Part shown: positions 24,716-40,763 of the stretch, one piece after another
Position numbering within the stretch: position 1 is the stretch's first letter
Layout of the letters: each line of letters begins with the position of its first letter
Source: Cystobasidiomycetes sp. EMM_F5
Lineage: Eukaryota
Assembly (NCBI GenBank): GCA_051047955.1
Contig: JBPGPT010000002.1
Span: forward strand, 806,001-870,000
Length of the DNA stretch: 64,000 bases
Direction: 5' to 3'
Notes under the pieces: generated by a model
Databases searched by the model: none
The model's input: the letters and a program-made list of their open reading frames with translations, nothing else
What the model was told of the DNA's origin: nothing
Translations under genes and position numbers: made by a program

Positions 24716-27627
24716 TCACCGCCTGATGGCCCGCCATAACGAAGCGTACCTGAAAGAGCAAGGTGGAGACACGTCAGCTCATCCTCTTGCTGCGCCATTC
24801 ATACATAGACGCACATATTGACCGAATCTATCGGCTTGTCTGTTCCAATCCGTCTGGCAGAAAGCCGTTCCACTCTGAATCCCTCCGTCGCCCAGATGTC
24901 CGCATACCACGGCTGAAGTGCCGAGGACCTCCAGAAGGCTCGACCACCTACCGGCATAGCCCGGCGAATCGAACGGATGAATTTGGTGTACGTCTCGACG
25001 TCACTCTTGCTCTTCGGATCGTACCAATCAGCGTGGTCCATGGTAATGGCAACGTCCAGCGTGCCGGGCGCCAGGGCGTCACGGACAACATTGCACAGCG
25101 AGTCCGTGTGTAGTCTGAACGCTTCCAAGGATCGACAGTTGGCTGCCTTGAGGGATGCAAAACCCGCTTTTGTGAGGTAGAGTGGCGGATTGGACGGGTT
25201 GTACTGCTGTGTGAGGCAGAGGTAATAGTGGTAGTTGGTCGATTTGACATGTTGATTCAATCCAATAGGGTCTAGTGTGTCTATGCAGTATTGCCTGACG
25301 CCTAAATGAAACGGGGTATCAGCAACTCGATTACTACCACTCAGTCTCGGGGCAGACTGCTCACTCGTCTCGCTTGTAAGCATCGCAAGCTGGTTCATCG
25401 GTACACCTAGCGTGTTCCACAGGAAGACCGGATTGCTCAGAATCATCCTGACAAACGAACCGCTGAGGAGTACAGGTCGGATATGCTTTTTATAGATTGC
25501 CCGCTGTTCTTGCAGTGTCGAGGCCTCAGCAAACGCCACGAGCTTGCTTGATTGGCCACGTATTGCAAAGATTGTGTTGAGAATCCGAAGTGCCCAGCTG
25601 AACACGAAACCCAATTAGCATGGTCAGGATGAAGTGCAAGTCGAGAATTCTCACCCCGAGTAGCCTTGTGAATAAAATGACTTGTCGAAAGCCGAAGAGT
25701 TGGTCTTCCAGAAATTATATGCATGCGCAGAAAGATGCGGAGCTAATTTTGTATCTAGTAAATGTCTGAAATCATCGTGCCGACCTCTTCCAAAGAGCTG
25801 CCAATGCGTGTTCCAGTCGAGTGCGTGAATGCTTGCGAGCTTCAGCTCAAGAAGATGACCCTGGCAGGGGTTCATGTCGACGCAATGTATACGTTTGCAT
25901 TTACCTGCGATGGCGTAATGAAGCGCATTGTCCCCTGCCGAAGTGATGCACAACAACGTATCGGTCTTGTTGATACCCATTCGACGCATGTCGTCCTCCG
26001 GATCCTCCCACGTGAAGCCGTAAATGAAACTACGGAACTGCTTTTGGTCATCCCCGTGGATGTACGGGAGACGATAGTTGTGCTTTTGGTAATAGAAGGC
26101 TGAAAGAGGAGAGCCAGTAGACTCTGGTGGCATTTCAACTGCAGAAGCTCTCAAAAAGGGTGAACTCCGAGTGGGCGAATTGTTCAACGACGATGTGGAA
26201 GAGGAGATCATCGGCTTATCAGCAGGGAAAGGGTAGGCTTTTGGCGAGAGGCTGAGATCGGGAATGCTATCAAGCAGTGCGAGGTGATTGTTACCAGACA
26301 AAGTAGGCGAGAAGGCGGGTGTGAGAGGGTCGGCGCCAAAGATCTGAAGTCTTGCAGATAGATCCTTCTTTGCCTTGCATCCGATCCAAACGTAGTATGG
26401 TATGGAGGCGAACGGTCCAAAGGTATTGCGGCCTGTGGGTCCATTTCTCAGATTGTCAGCCAGCATTTAGCTACAAGAGCAAGTATAGCCTACCGTTGAT
26501 CGATTTGATGGTGCCGAAGCGGAACTCTAGATCTGTAGATGAGTCAGGCTATTCAGCCAAAATCAATGAATGAGTTGTCGGAATCTTACAGTTTCTACGG
26601 CTTGGATGCAGACAAACATGATCCCACTCAAACCAATGTAGCCAAAAAGTTCGGTTCCACCAAGAGCAATGTCTTCGCGTGTCACCGCCATTCATGACTG
26701 TTTGCGAAGTGCGATCAGACACATAGAAGTCTACACAGCCAACGAGGCCAGTAATGGGATTAAGGAATTGCTCTACACGATCGAGCATCCTGTCGACGAG
26801 GTTTCATATGTAAGCATTGTTCGTTGCATACTGTATCGACTTTCAGCACTTACGCGTAGAAGTTCGGTATCATGGAGAGAGAATAGCTCATCGTACACAG
26901 CGAGATTGATTCGATGTACGTTCCATTTTCATTGGGAGGCAGTACAAATGTAGAAGCATCTTGGCATAGGACATGGACGTTCTTCCAGCCTTTCGCAGCG
27001 AAGCGCTTCCGAGCGACTTCCAGGAGCGGTCTGAGCGCGACACACAACGCCGAATTCAGCTCACCGAAAAGGCCGGTAGTAGACTATTTGTATCGCTCAC
27101 TCGCAAAGATCGATCAGATAGACTGCGTGAAAGTTTTCAATGGGAAAGAAGTGGTTCATGGCTTCAATGTTGTACCCTGTGCCTCCACCTATATCCACCC
27201 ATACCAGCTTTTCGCTGACGTGACTGCTGTCTTCACTCAATCGCTGCTGTTCCAGATGTCCAGCCAGCAGCCTGAGCATTTCCTCTCTGCCCCGTAGTAG
27301 ACGAGTTCGCGTCGCATCGTACACACTAGCCTGTGTCGAGTAGAAGGCATCCAATCTCGACTTCTGTTCTCCCGTGTGTCCAATGGGCTTCAGGAAGCAG
27401 GCGTATATGAAGCGTGCCAGTAGGTACAGCTGTTTACGGGTGCTGAGGACGATGAGCGCAACGGCAAGCAGAGCGGCATATATTGGAAGGAGTGACCGGG
27501 AGAAGGCCAAAGAGGAGGTTGGTCGTGTCAGACTATGATGCCAATGTCGGTAGTCGTAAAAGCGTGATGGGTTGATACTGAGCCCGTCGGACATTCCTTT
27601 GATGAAGACGTCGAGCATGGCAGCCAT
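24716..27627 (-). CDS. BTA1: Betaine lipid (DGTS) synthase, fused BtaB methyltransferase + BtaA (DUF3419)
   Basis: 'QASVYDATRTRLLRGRE', SAM motif 'WVDIGGGTG', 'IYGFTWEDP', 'LCITSAGDNALHY', 'VDMNPCQGHLLELK', 'MDHADWY', and spliced end 'DSVNM|YASLWRAIRR*'. Confidence 0.95.
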
Positions 27628-27884
27628 CTAACGAGACCAAGCGTTGAAGCTGGTCGTGCCGTGTTAATGTTAGAGGGTGTGACGCCGACCTAGCCTGCAC
27701 GTCTCACTTTCTCACGCGAAGCGCGTTTCGTCCACCGTTTTCAGCCGGCTTTTCCGTCGACTTCGGCACAGGCTTGATCCGCTCAACGAGGTCGAGGCTC
27801 AGCCTTGTCAGCTACGTGCTATTCCCATCAGCCTCAGCGTTTCTAAATAGGATCAGTTTATTATTGAAGGGTCCTGGAATATGT

Positions 27885-28048
27885 CACGTTGCACCGAGTG
27901 AGGGGACAAACGTGGCGACGGCCAAGGTGTGCGGGCAGTCAGTCGGGCTGAACATGTACAAGCTGCAAAGTCGCGGAAGGCATGCAAGCTGCGACTGCGT
28001 CCCGAGAAGCAAATTGGTTCGTTGCTCGCTCAAGATTTCCGAAACGTG
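27885..28048. promoter_or_regulatory. Cluster of three CACGTT/AACGTG (Pho4/NUC-1-type bHLH) boxes upstream of BTA1
   Basis: CACGTT at 27885-27890, and AACGTG at 27909-27914 and 28043-28048 (the latter two both in AAACGTGG context). They lie 260-420 bp upstream of the BTA1 ATG. Confidence 0.5.
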
Positions 28049-28702
28049 GGAAGCCAGTGACAGTCGCTTGCAAGCTGACACAAGTAGACTGCGCAGGTGT
28101 CAACGCCAGCATTGCGCAGTCAGTACTACTTGGAGGGAGATCCAGCTCGATATTGACCAAGTTGGCTGTTTGGCTTTGCTTTTTATTTTGCAGGCTGCGT
28201 GTTATAAGTATGTTGGGTCTTGACCACAAAACCCTTATCCATTTCAGCGTCCCGAGCGGCGCTTTGGAGCATCAGACGTTGAATTGCTTTGGCCTGGCTA
28301 ACATGTTGCATTCGTGTCGTCCTGGTCGAAATCCGTCAAGGCCAAATCAACAGACGATATTGATTGACCGCTTCTACTAACATGTCCCCACAACGCTGAG
28401 GCTGACGTCTATTGTATACTGGGAAGGCACTATGTATGGCTGAATAGGTCATACGCCGCATTCAAAGAGGCGCACGGTCCCCGCAATCAGTCAGACGCCG
28501 TTCTTCATTCCGTCACTTTGGGTCGGGCGTCGCAATATGCGGTTGGCATGGACTTGATGGGACTTCATTGCTCTGATGTGAAGGTTCTAAGTCGCTGTAC
28601 ATGCGATGGTCGCAGCCGTAAAGAACCGCAACTTGCCAAACACAACCTCGGCAATCTGAGCAATACACAGCACATCCTCAAAAGCCGACCGCCAGATATG
28701 AA

Positions 28703-29911
28703 ATGGCGGACACACGTCATGTTCGGTTGTTGATCTGTGCTCTTCCATACCTCCCTCCGAGCCAATCTCTCCCTTCCTTCCTTCCTTCCATCGATCCGCC
28801 CATGATGGGTGACTTCCCCTTCCTTCAGACTCTTCTCGTATGGCTACTGTCCCTCTCTGCGGCGTACTTCGCGGGCAGTAAGAACTGCAGTATCTTTTGT
28901 TCTGTTTCAGATCCTCTCGCATCTCCAAATAATCCCCACTGCATGGACGCTGCAGTACCTCAGGCCGAAACAGCTTGCGAAGCCATTCCGCATCAAGCTA
29001 CGCCTCCTGAAGCTAAGGAAGAGGCAGTATCGAAGATGCGGGAGCGACTTGGTGATTGCATCGAGACGCTCAGAAACGAGATTGCGCAAGTCAAGAGCGC
29101 CCGCAAAGAAGGCCTGAAATCAATAGCGGATCTCGAGGATCGCCTTACGACGTTGATTTCCGCACAATTGAGGATCGTACGAACTAGTCTGATGGAACTT
29201 AACGAGGTAGAACAAGGGGCCAAAGAAGCGCTCAAAGAGGGCAGATCAATTTACCTAGATCCCATTCCCCGAAATAAAGTCGCACAAGCTCATCGACACG
29301 CGCGAGCTTTACAAGTGTTAGCGACCGAGGCGCCATCGTCGGAAAGCGAGGCAGAACCGCCCGAGCGCAGATTCTCTTTTCCCGCTTCCGCTCCTGCTGC
29401 CATGTCTTCCTTTGCTATCACGGGTGCCAAATCACCCATTTACCCATCTAGCCGCCGAACAAGTTTTGCAGTCCCTAGTGTGGCATATCGCTTCGGCCGC
29501 GCTGTGACTCCGTCTGTCGTGGAGACAATCGCAACTACTGGCCACGAAGCTAGCGATGCAGCTAGTCCATTCACGCAACAGAGCTTTAGCGGTAATGAAG
29601 AAAGCGGTATTGCGCTTTCATCCGGGCCTCTGGATTTGCAGGACGTAGGTCATCAGGTTTTCGATGGATGCTCAGCCGCTCTTCATCCAGATATGGCTCA
29701 CTCTGGTGACCATGACAAGATCCCTGTACAAATGCCAGTGGTTGAGAACAGCATCACGCCAGTAGGCGTCTTGGCCACGGATGCGGCTGCTTCCGCATCA
29801 GACACGACTCGTGTGGTCGTGCAGGAGCAGCCGTTTCGAGCCGAAGGACGGTCAAGAAGCTGGCGGAAGCTACTACGAATGTCGAGATCTGGCAGAGCAA
29901 CGCGAAAATGA
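28703..29911 (+). CDS. Hypothetical protein (coiled-coil segment + Ser/Pro-rich disordered tail); true start may be 28943
   Basis: 402-codon uninterrupted ORF with a heptad-like region 'LGDCIETLRNEIAQVK...LEDRLTTLISAQL'. No family recognised. Confidence 0.6.
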   Translation: MADTRHVRLLICALPYLPPSQSLPSFLPSIDPPMMGDFPFLQTLLVWLLSLSAAYFAGSKNCSIFCSVSDPLASPNNPHCMDAAVPQAETACEAIPHQATPPEAKEEAVSKMRERLGDCIETLRNEIAQVKSARKEGLKSIADLEDRLTTLISAQLRIVRTSLMELNEVEQGAKEALKEGRSIYLDPIPRNKVAQAHRHARALQVLATEAPSSESEAEPPERRFSFPASAPAAMSSFAITGAKSPIYPSSRRTSFAVPSVAYRFGRAVTPSVVETIATTGHEASDAASPFTQQSFSGNEESGIALSSGPLDLQDVGHQVFDGCSAALHPDMAHSGDHDKIPVQMPVVENSITPVGVLATDAAASASDTTRVVVQEQPFRAEGRSRSWRKLLRMSRSGRATRK

Positions 29912-30042
29912 TGGTTTAACGCTGCAGAAAAGAATGCTACATTGTAACGACCGCGATGCACACAATTTACGACATGCAAATTACGCCAATGACACACAGA
30001 TCACTGAATAAAACAGACAAAACAGCAGTTGTACGGATTCCA

Positions 30043-33896
<3,854 letters not shown>

Positions 33897-34125
33897 TGCA
33901 GAGATAATGTGAAGATTACTGCCACCCCAAGGCAGGATTTGGGGAGAGCAAGGCTACGTCAACTTTTATTGCAGAGTGTGTTTGCAGTGCTCAGAGTTCA
34001 GAAATGCAAGCTTGAGGTTGTTGACTTGGTCGACAGTCGAAGTTGGTCAAAGGTGAGTCTGCGAAATCAATCACAATTGACCATTTACGATCCACCTCTT
34101 GGCTCTGCTCAATCAGCCTTTGAAT

Positions 34126-34720
34126 ATGGTAAATAATCTACAACAATGCTCAGCTCGTCACAGGCCAGCCCGCTGATGGCCGTTATACCATCCAGGCGCA
34201 GCATCCAGCTTATACAATGTCGGCGCTGACAGCCGTCGGGGGCATAGCTGGCTTCCTCCGAGCGAGGTGGGCAGCCATACTCACATCTTACAACTTTAAT
34301 GATATAATCTTCCTTACAATACTCGCACTTCAATCTTCCTGCCAGATCTGTTCCTTCTCTGGTCGGGGGACTGCTCGTTTCAGGACTGTATGCAACAGGA
34401 GTGGGCGTGATTCTAATCGCTCAAGTAGCTCGCAAGACTGACATTGACGCTATACAGGGTAACCTCATCGCTCAGAATGACGATAGAGGGCTAGCGACCG
34501 CGTTGGGTAGGTGGAGATGGCACGACGATCTCATAAATAAGACATTCTCGAAACCCTGAGACTAAATCTTACTCCTCTAGGCGCATCAGTAGTACTGGTC
34601 GGAAGCAGCGCAAAGAGGGCACTGCTCAGAATACCAATACCCGTGGCTTTGGCTTCGTTAGGATTGCTCAATAGCGCCTACTATGCCCAAAAGATGTACC
34701 GCGCAAGAGTGGGATACTGA
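34126..34720 (+). CDS. TMEM14 family small membrane protein (YJR085C/Tmh11-like), about 105 aa, 4 introns
   Basis: Manual splicing gives M|AQHPAYTMSALTAVGGIAGFLRAR|SVPSLVGGLLVSGLYATG|GNLIAQNDDRGLATALG|ASVVLVGSSAKRALLRIPIPVALASLGLLNSAYYAQKMYRARVGY*. All introns are GT-AG, and the sequence matches the TMEM14 pattern 'HPAY..GG..G....S.PSL..G'. Confidence 0.88.
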
Positions 34721-34773
34721 CACATCAGACCAACGCGGCTTCGAAAGACAATGACCTTGGACAACCATGATTA

Positions 34774-37567
34774 CTATTGCCTCAGGAAACACTTTGCTAG
34801 ATTGCTCGCGAGAGCGTAACGGACAACATCGAGTTGTTTTATCGCAGAGGTGACTCTATCCTCGTCAGTTGACGCATTTCCATCTTGGCCAGTGACCGTG
34901 TTGAGGCATGATAGGTAGCCGTACATGTCCTTGCCGCAATGTTGTACAGGCGTGACGAGCTCCGTCAGACATCGCATTAGCTCCAGCGTGTCAGCCTCGT
35001 CAATCAGAACGGTTGCATCTGGAGGAACGATAAATACCAAATCAGTATTCGCAAAGCCTATTCCTGTTGTTTGGGCATACCGTTCAGAAGCGGGACTGCA
35101 TCAAGCAGCATGACGGCCCAGAAGCTCTTTGGCGCTTCATTACTGCTCATCAGCAGGGTCAGCAGATGCGCCGCAGCCGTCCTATCTCCCGAAGCATAGA
35201 GAGCGTGAAAGTCTCGATATCTCGCTAAAAAGCGAAGTCGTGTCGACGAAGCGAGAGCGTATGCTGCATTGTGCGACGACTGCTCGTCTTCATCCAGTTG
35301 ACCATCGTACATCCCATCTGCGTTGATCAGGAATGGCTGTCCACTGCCAGAAGGTTGTAAGAGGGACGTGGGAATAGCATCAATGTGCATGAGCGCCTCT
35401 ACACCATGTTTGATGTATTCGTCGAGGATTATATCGGCAATCTTGTTCAATCGCCGTGCATCATTGCTTCGCACACTGTACGCTACAGCCAATCCGAATT
35501 TACGCTGCGTAATGAGCGTTTCCGCCGTGATCTAGTTGCAGTAATCAGTACTCGTGACAAATATAGTCGCAAGTAACAATGTATCTTACGAGGCACAAAC
35601 TGCGCGTGACGTCCTCTAAGCCATATGTCGCGCATACCGCAAGGACGTCTTCAACGGTCGTTGGCTTGGCAGCCTGTTTCTCGACTTGGACCGCGACGTC
35701 GTGTATCTCGTGCTTGACTGCCTCTTCGGCATCCACGTCCGGTGAAGCAGTTGATCCAATGGCTAGTAAGATCTCCTTCATTCGACCACGTCCGATAGCT
35801 GCATTGTCCAGTGATGCGAGATAATCAATCGTACATCTCCATAGACCAGGATCAGATACCAGTAAATTGGTGTATGAGAGAATAAAGTAGTCGCGCAGTG
35901 TCACGTCATCACTGAAATTCATGCTTGTTAGACAAAGCTCGCTCGACATTTCCACCGGTACAGAGTATGATACCACTCACATGAGGTCAGATTCGATGAG
36001 CAGCCCAAGCTTGTCCATCATATCGCACAGATGCGCCGCTAGCCATGTGTCATGCTCTGCAGCGAGGCGTACGACCTTTGGCACATCTCCCGACAGGAGG
36101 GCCACTGCTAATGCTTCTCTGAACAGAGTCGCGTCGGGGGGTAAGCGCTCGACAATACCCTGCATGGCATCAGGAAGGTCGTCTCTCTTAAGACCCGGCC
36201 GGACGAGGAGAGCCCAAGCAGACAGTGCAGATTTCCATCCGTCCTCCGCTGCATCAATGATACTGTTCACGTCGCCAAGCAACAGCATAAGCAAGCACTT
36301 GAATCCCGCTTCCCATGTGAATCGTTCGTCTGCACACGCATTGGCGATATCGCTGTCCGCTCCATCTGCAGAAGATGCGGAACCCTGTGCATCCAAGTCT
36401 GTAATCTCATCCTGGAAATCGTCCATTTCCATGTCGAGTCGAGCTAGTAGCGCAGATATTCGACTTCGCCATTGTCGAATGGCATGCAGAAAGTCGGACT
36501 CGTAGGTATATGCTGGCGAGTGAGATCGCGGGAGCGAGGTAATGATGTCCAAACAGTTTTGCGTGAGCCGCTTGAGTACGCCCGAGGGATGGAGCAGTAG
36601 AGTCTTGAGAACCGTGCTTGCTAGCGAAGTATGGCCGCGCAGGATGCACGAATAGATGAATCCCCAAAAGTCATTCTCCTCGTATGGCGCAGATCTGCCA
36701 GTCAGATTGTCCCGTCGTTCCTGGGACGGCCAAGGGCTAGTCGTATTGAGGTATTCCACTATCTCCTCGGCGACTATTCCATCACCTCTGCCGTCGTTCG
36801 GCACGTATACTATGTGTGTTAGATGAAATGCGTCTCGCATGTCCCGTGCTAGACTGAGCTCGTCTGTATCGATTTCCGCTTCGGCCTGAGTGATGCATTG
36901 GCGACATTAGTGAAAGCCGATGCGGACCGCAAGATGGACTGCGTACAGCTAGTTGAGATAGATAGCGACTGAGGCAGTCTCGGTACAGCTGAGCGAATCG
37001 TGCATAGTATGCAATCTGCTCGGGTTGGGGAATACTATTGTGAATGGTCGATTTAGCTGGCAAGGGACTGCATGGCCTCATAATTCTTACTCGTTGAATC
37101 TCTGCTGGAGTGAGCTTCTTCCATCGGCCTCTCGAAACGGGTCCACTTCTGGCTCGCTTCGAGATCCATTGGCGACTGTCTGGAGACTTGCAAAGACGGT
37201 GTAGCTCTCTGTGACGAGCTGATTGTAATATAGACAGTCTTCAGCTTTACGAGACCTTTTCCGGATCCTCGCAGCAACTCACACTCCGTCTACCGCTCTG
37301 GAGCGCGTCAAATTCGATAAACCGTACATCTTCCTGGGCGTCGCTCTGGAGATTGCTGCTGGCTTTCCCTTTGCCTTTACTTTTACTCTGCGCGCTCCCG
37401 CTCTTTCCAGTTGACGAAGCTGCATTACTCTCCAAATTGTTGATGCTGCTGCTCTTGAAACACGCCAGTCTGTTGCCCAGCGACGCCGGCAGGAAGGACG
37501 AGCTGTAGAGCTGGCCATGATTAGAAGTAGCAGTGACTGCGCCTCTGCCAGCTGGTGGCCGTGCCAT
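34774..37567 (-). CDS. NUP85: Nucleoporin Nup85
   Basis: Long helical multi-exon protein with 'DGRGDGIVAEEIVEYLN', 'FWGFIYSCILRG', 'DTWLAAHLCDMMDKLG', 'LRDYFILSY..LVSDPGLWRCTIDYL', 'FLARYRDFH' and 'APKSFWAVMLLDAVPLL'. Confidence 0.88.
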
Positions 37568-37757
37568 ATTTTGTTTTGGTGCAGTTCAGAGCTGTCAGTC
37601 AATTTATGAGCAACAAGTCTTCGACATTTGACGTTTCCATCTTCAGCTTTCACCACGTTCAACTGAATATTGTGACCTAGTCTGACCATATTCTAACACT
37701 GACAATTGACCATACGACAGCATACATCGACAGATGTAACTCGTCCTCCGGCAGTAC

Positions 37758-39107
37758 ATGTACCCGGCAACCACTGGCTGGCTCAATATCAAGTTTGTAT
37801 CGCACATCCTGCCACAACGATACTTTTCCACTGCAAGGATGAGCATGTCGAAGACGCCGAGTACGGCCTCAGCACGAAAGACCGCCGTTCCAAGACCCTC
37901 GGCAAGGCGAGTTTGAGAAAAGATGGACCATATACAAATGCAAAGTCTGATTGTTACTCTCCAGCCTGATTGTTCTCTCTCCCAACAAGTCATCCAAACC
38001 AGTGCCGTCCTCCTCCGGGACAAGGGCCTCCGAATACCGAGTATGCTTGATACAGCGACACAGCCAGATGAAGGTATCTGCAGGAGCGACCGTCTTTCCA
38101 GGCGGTAATCTATCACCTGCCGATACCGCTTCTGCAAAAGAATACGCACCAGACACTTTATCGGAAGAAGCGAGGGATCTCCTGGCTTTGCGGATATGTG
38201 CACTGCGAGAGGCATTCGAGGAGTGCGGTATCCTTGCTGGTCTGCCATCTTCTGTAGTTCTGACAGACGAGAAATTGAGAAAGAAGCAAAAGGAGGTGAG
38301 TAGACACGGATACCATTCAAGGACTCATCGCCAATGCTTATATGGCCACGACTAGGTGTACGACAATCCCGCTAGGTTCCTCCAGATCTACAAACAGCTG
38401 CAGAAGGAGACTGGTCAATCTTGTGAGCCTCCCTTCGGAGAACTCATGCACTGGTCGGTTTGGACAACGCCAGTAGTATCTCCGAAACGCTTCAAGACGG
38501 ACTTTTTCCTGTATATACTTCCCCGATCTACTAATGCCGACGACGTGGAAAAGCACGTCGTCCTGTCGGCTGACGGGAGCGAGACGGCTTCCGCTTCTTG
38601 GGTGAGTCGCGCGTATGAATGCATTCTTCGAGCCTTCTAAACTCCGCGACATGACAGATTACTCCGCAAGCTGCCATTGACTCGTGTATAAAAGCACAAT
38701 CTACATTTATGCTCCCGCCACAGCTATATCTCTTGGCAGAACTGGCTCAACTACCGACTCTTGATTCTGTACGACAGCACGCTCGGACACGGAAACTCTT
38801 GCATATTCTACCCATAATGACGCCCAAGATCATAACATCCACTACGGGAATGTATCGAGCACTTGCGTACGCAGGTGATGAGGAATACCCAAAACGGGAT
38901 GAAGCTGGCCCACACGGAGCAAGACATAGAGCGTACGTCGTCGCTGCACCAGATAAAGATGGAAATGTAAAGCCAGTCGTCCCGTTTCGCGTCATGGCAG
39001 TCTCCAGAAGGGGCGTCAAGGACTTTGATGACATGCAAGAAGGACAAGTACCGGTAAGCCTAGGAGACGGGATTATCGATGATAAGCCGCCTCGAGCCAA
39101 CTTGTAG
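37758..39107 (+). CDS. NUDT19-like Nudix hydrolase (acyl-CoA diphosphatase type)
   Basis: 'PRPSA|SLIVL' (GC-AG intron), 'VFPGGN...ALRICALREAFEECGIL' (Nudix box with insertion), 'WSVWTTPVVSPKRFKTDFF', 'SADGSET..ASW', 'MLPPQLYLL', and C-terminal -ANL*. Confidence 0.88.
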
Positions 39108-39233
39108 CCAGGAGTTGTTCGCGTTCATCAAATTACTGATTTTGATTGTTATAATGATTGCATGCGTGATACACCTAATGCTACTGCGACTGCCCAGATT
39201 ATGCAACAGATACTACGCTAAAGCTGACACAAT

Positions 39234-40671
39234 CTACTCCTCTTCACTCTGCACTTCTTCGTCCTCCTCTTCTTCGTCAATATCATTGCTTTTGCCGGGT
39301 TGCGTCTGAGTGTTACCGCTCGATTTGAAACCCTCGACAATCAGACTCGCTACCTGTTTGTCGAGGGTGCCGTCTTCAATGAGCTGCCCTATCGTTCTAT
39401 CCTGCACATCTTGTATGCTCAGTACTCGCCTCGGAAACGTGCTGACTAGCATGAATGTCAATTCTGGTTTATACGAAGAAGGGAGGTCGATAGCTGAAGT
39501 GACGGAAGGCGGCGAAGAGACAGAGTACTGGTGCGCTTCGCAGTCTACGAGATGCCAAAGCCTGTAAGCTTGCTCCGCGTGACTAAAGCGTCGTATCAAA
39601 CGCTTTCCGTCGGGAAGACGTATGACCAATCTGACAGATTGTACATCGCTCTCTGGCGGTTCCTTTCCAAACCCTGCGGCTGTCAATCTCCGCCAGGCAT
39701 CTCTGTGTTTGAGCTGTTGCGCTTTCGCTGCAGCTTGTTTACGCACTTGCTCTTCACGGTCCTTGACAGCTTGTAGTTCTGCTTCTTTCGCTCGCACCCT
39801 GTCCAGATCTCGCTTGCTCGTTTCAGCATACGCGCGATCCTGCTCTTCCCGTAACAGGCGCTGCATCTCACGCTCCCTCTTTTGCGTCCTCAGCCGGCCG
39901 AGAAAGGGAGACAAGCGCGGGAGGACGGTGTCTGTGATGTGACTCTCGAGGGCAGTCTGAGATGTCGCTTGCAGGCCTTCGAGTCTGGAAAAGACCGACA
40001 TTCGACCCGTTGTAGCTGTCGGTGTTGATCCAGTCAGACGTGAAGGCTGCATTGGCTGGACGGACAAGAAGGCAATGAAGGGAAATGTCGTCGATTGGAG
40101 AATGGCAGACGCTATGTGTGCGTCTCGAGACGAGCACACGTCCCCGCCCCAGTACATGATGGAACCGCGGTGCTCCTGCATGAGCTGCTTGAACGCTCGG
40201 GTGCACAGAGTGTTTCTGTCCAAGCGCGTAAAGAGCCGTGTTCAGTCCAAGGTCTGTCTGTACCTTGTCTAGATTGCTGGCTCACTCTAAAAACACGGCA
40301 TTATCGTCGTGCTCCTTGCTCGTCAGCACTACCATCAGTACGAGGTTGTCTTCCTTTGCTCTTCTCAGCGCTGCGCTGTACCCGCCAGCGGTGTACCACA
40401 GCTTTGCGGCACCATCATCGTCGTCATTGCTGCTCCCGCTCCCGCCTGGCCCGTCAACAGCAGTATGGCCGTACGTGCGCAGCATCCGGACAAAGTACTC
40501 GGACGCTGCCGCTGGATCAGCAATGTGCCGTCCATCCAAGTCCGAGTAGGCAGCCCCATCGCCCGACCCGCCCAGCCTGAGGTACGGCAGTCCACGCCCA
40601 AAGAGCCGCTGGAGAATGTACGACAGTATTGAGAATGGGAGTGCCAGTATGCGAGCAATGAGGCTGGCCAT
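39234..40671 (-). CDS. UAS-UBX domain Cdc48 adaptor (FAF2/Ubx3-like)
   Basis: N-terminal hydrophobic hairpin, UAS 'GGYSAALRRAK...YWGGDV...TFPFIAF', coiled coil 'LREEQDRAY', and UBX 'VIRLPDGKRLIRRF...STFPRRVL'. Confidence 0.9.
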
Positions 40672-40763
40672 GGTCGCACAGGGTGTTGGGCGAGTCAAAA
40701 GAAGGCATTGTATGGCTTGATTAGTCGCCAATATGTACAAGTCTCGCACGACACAATGAAACA

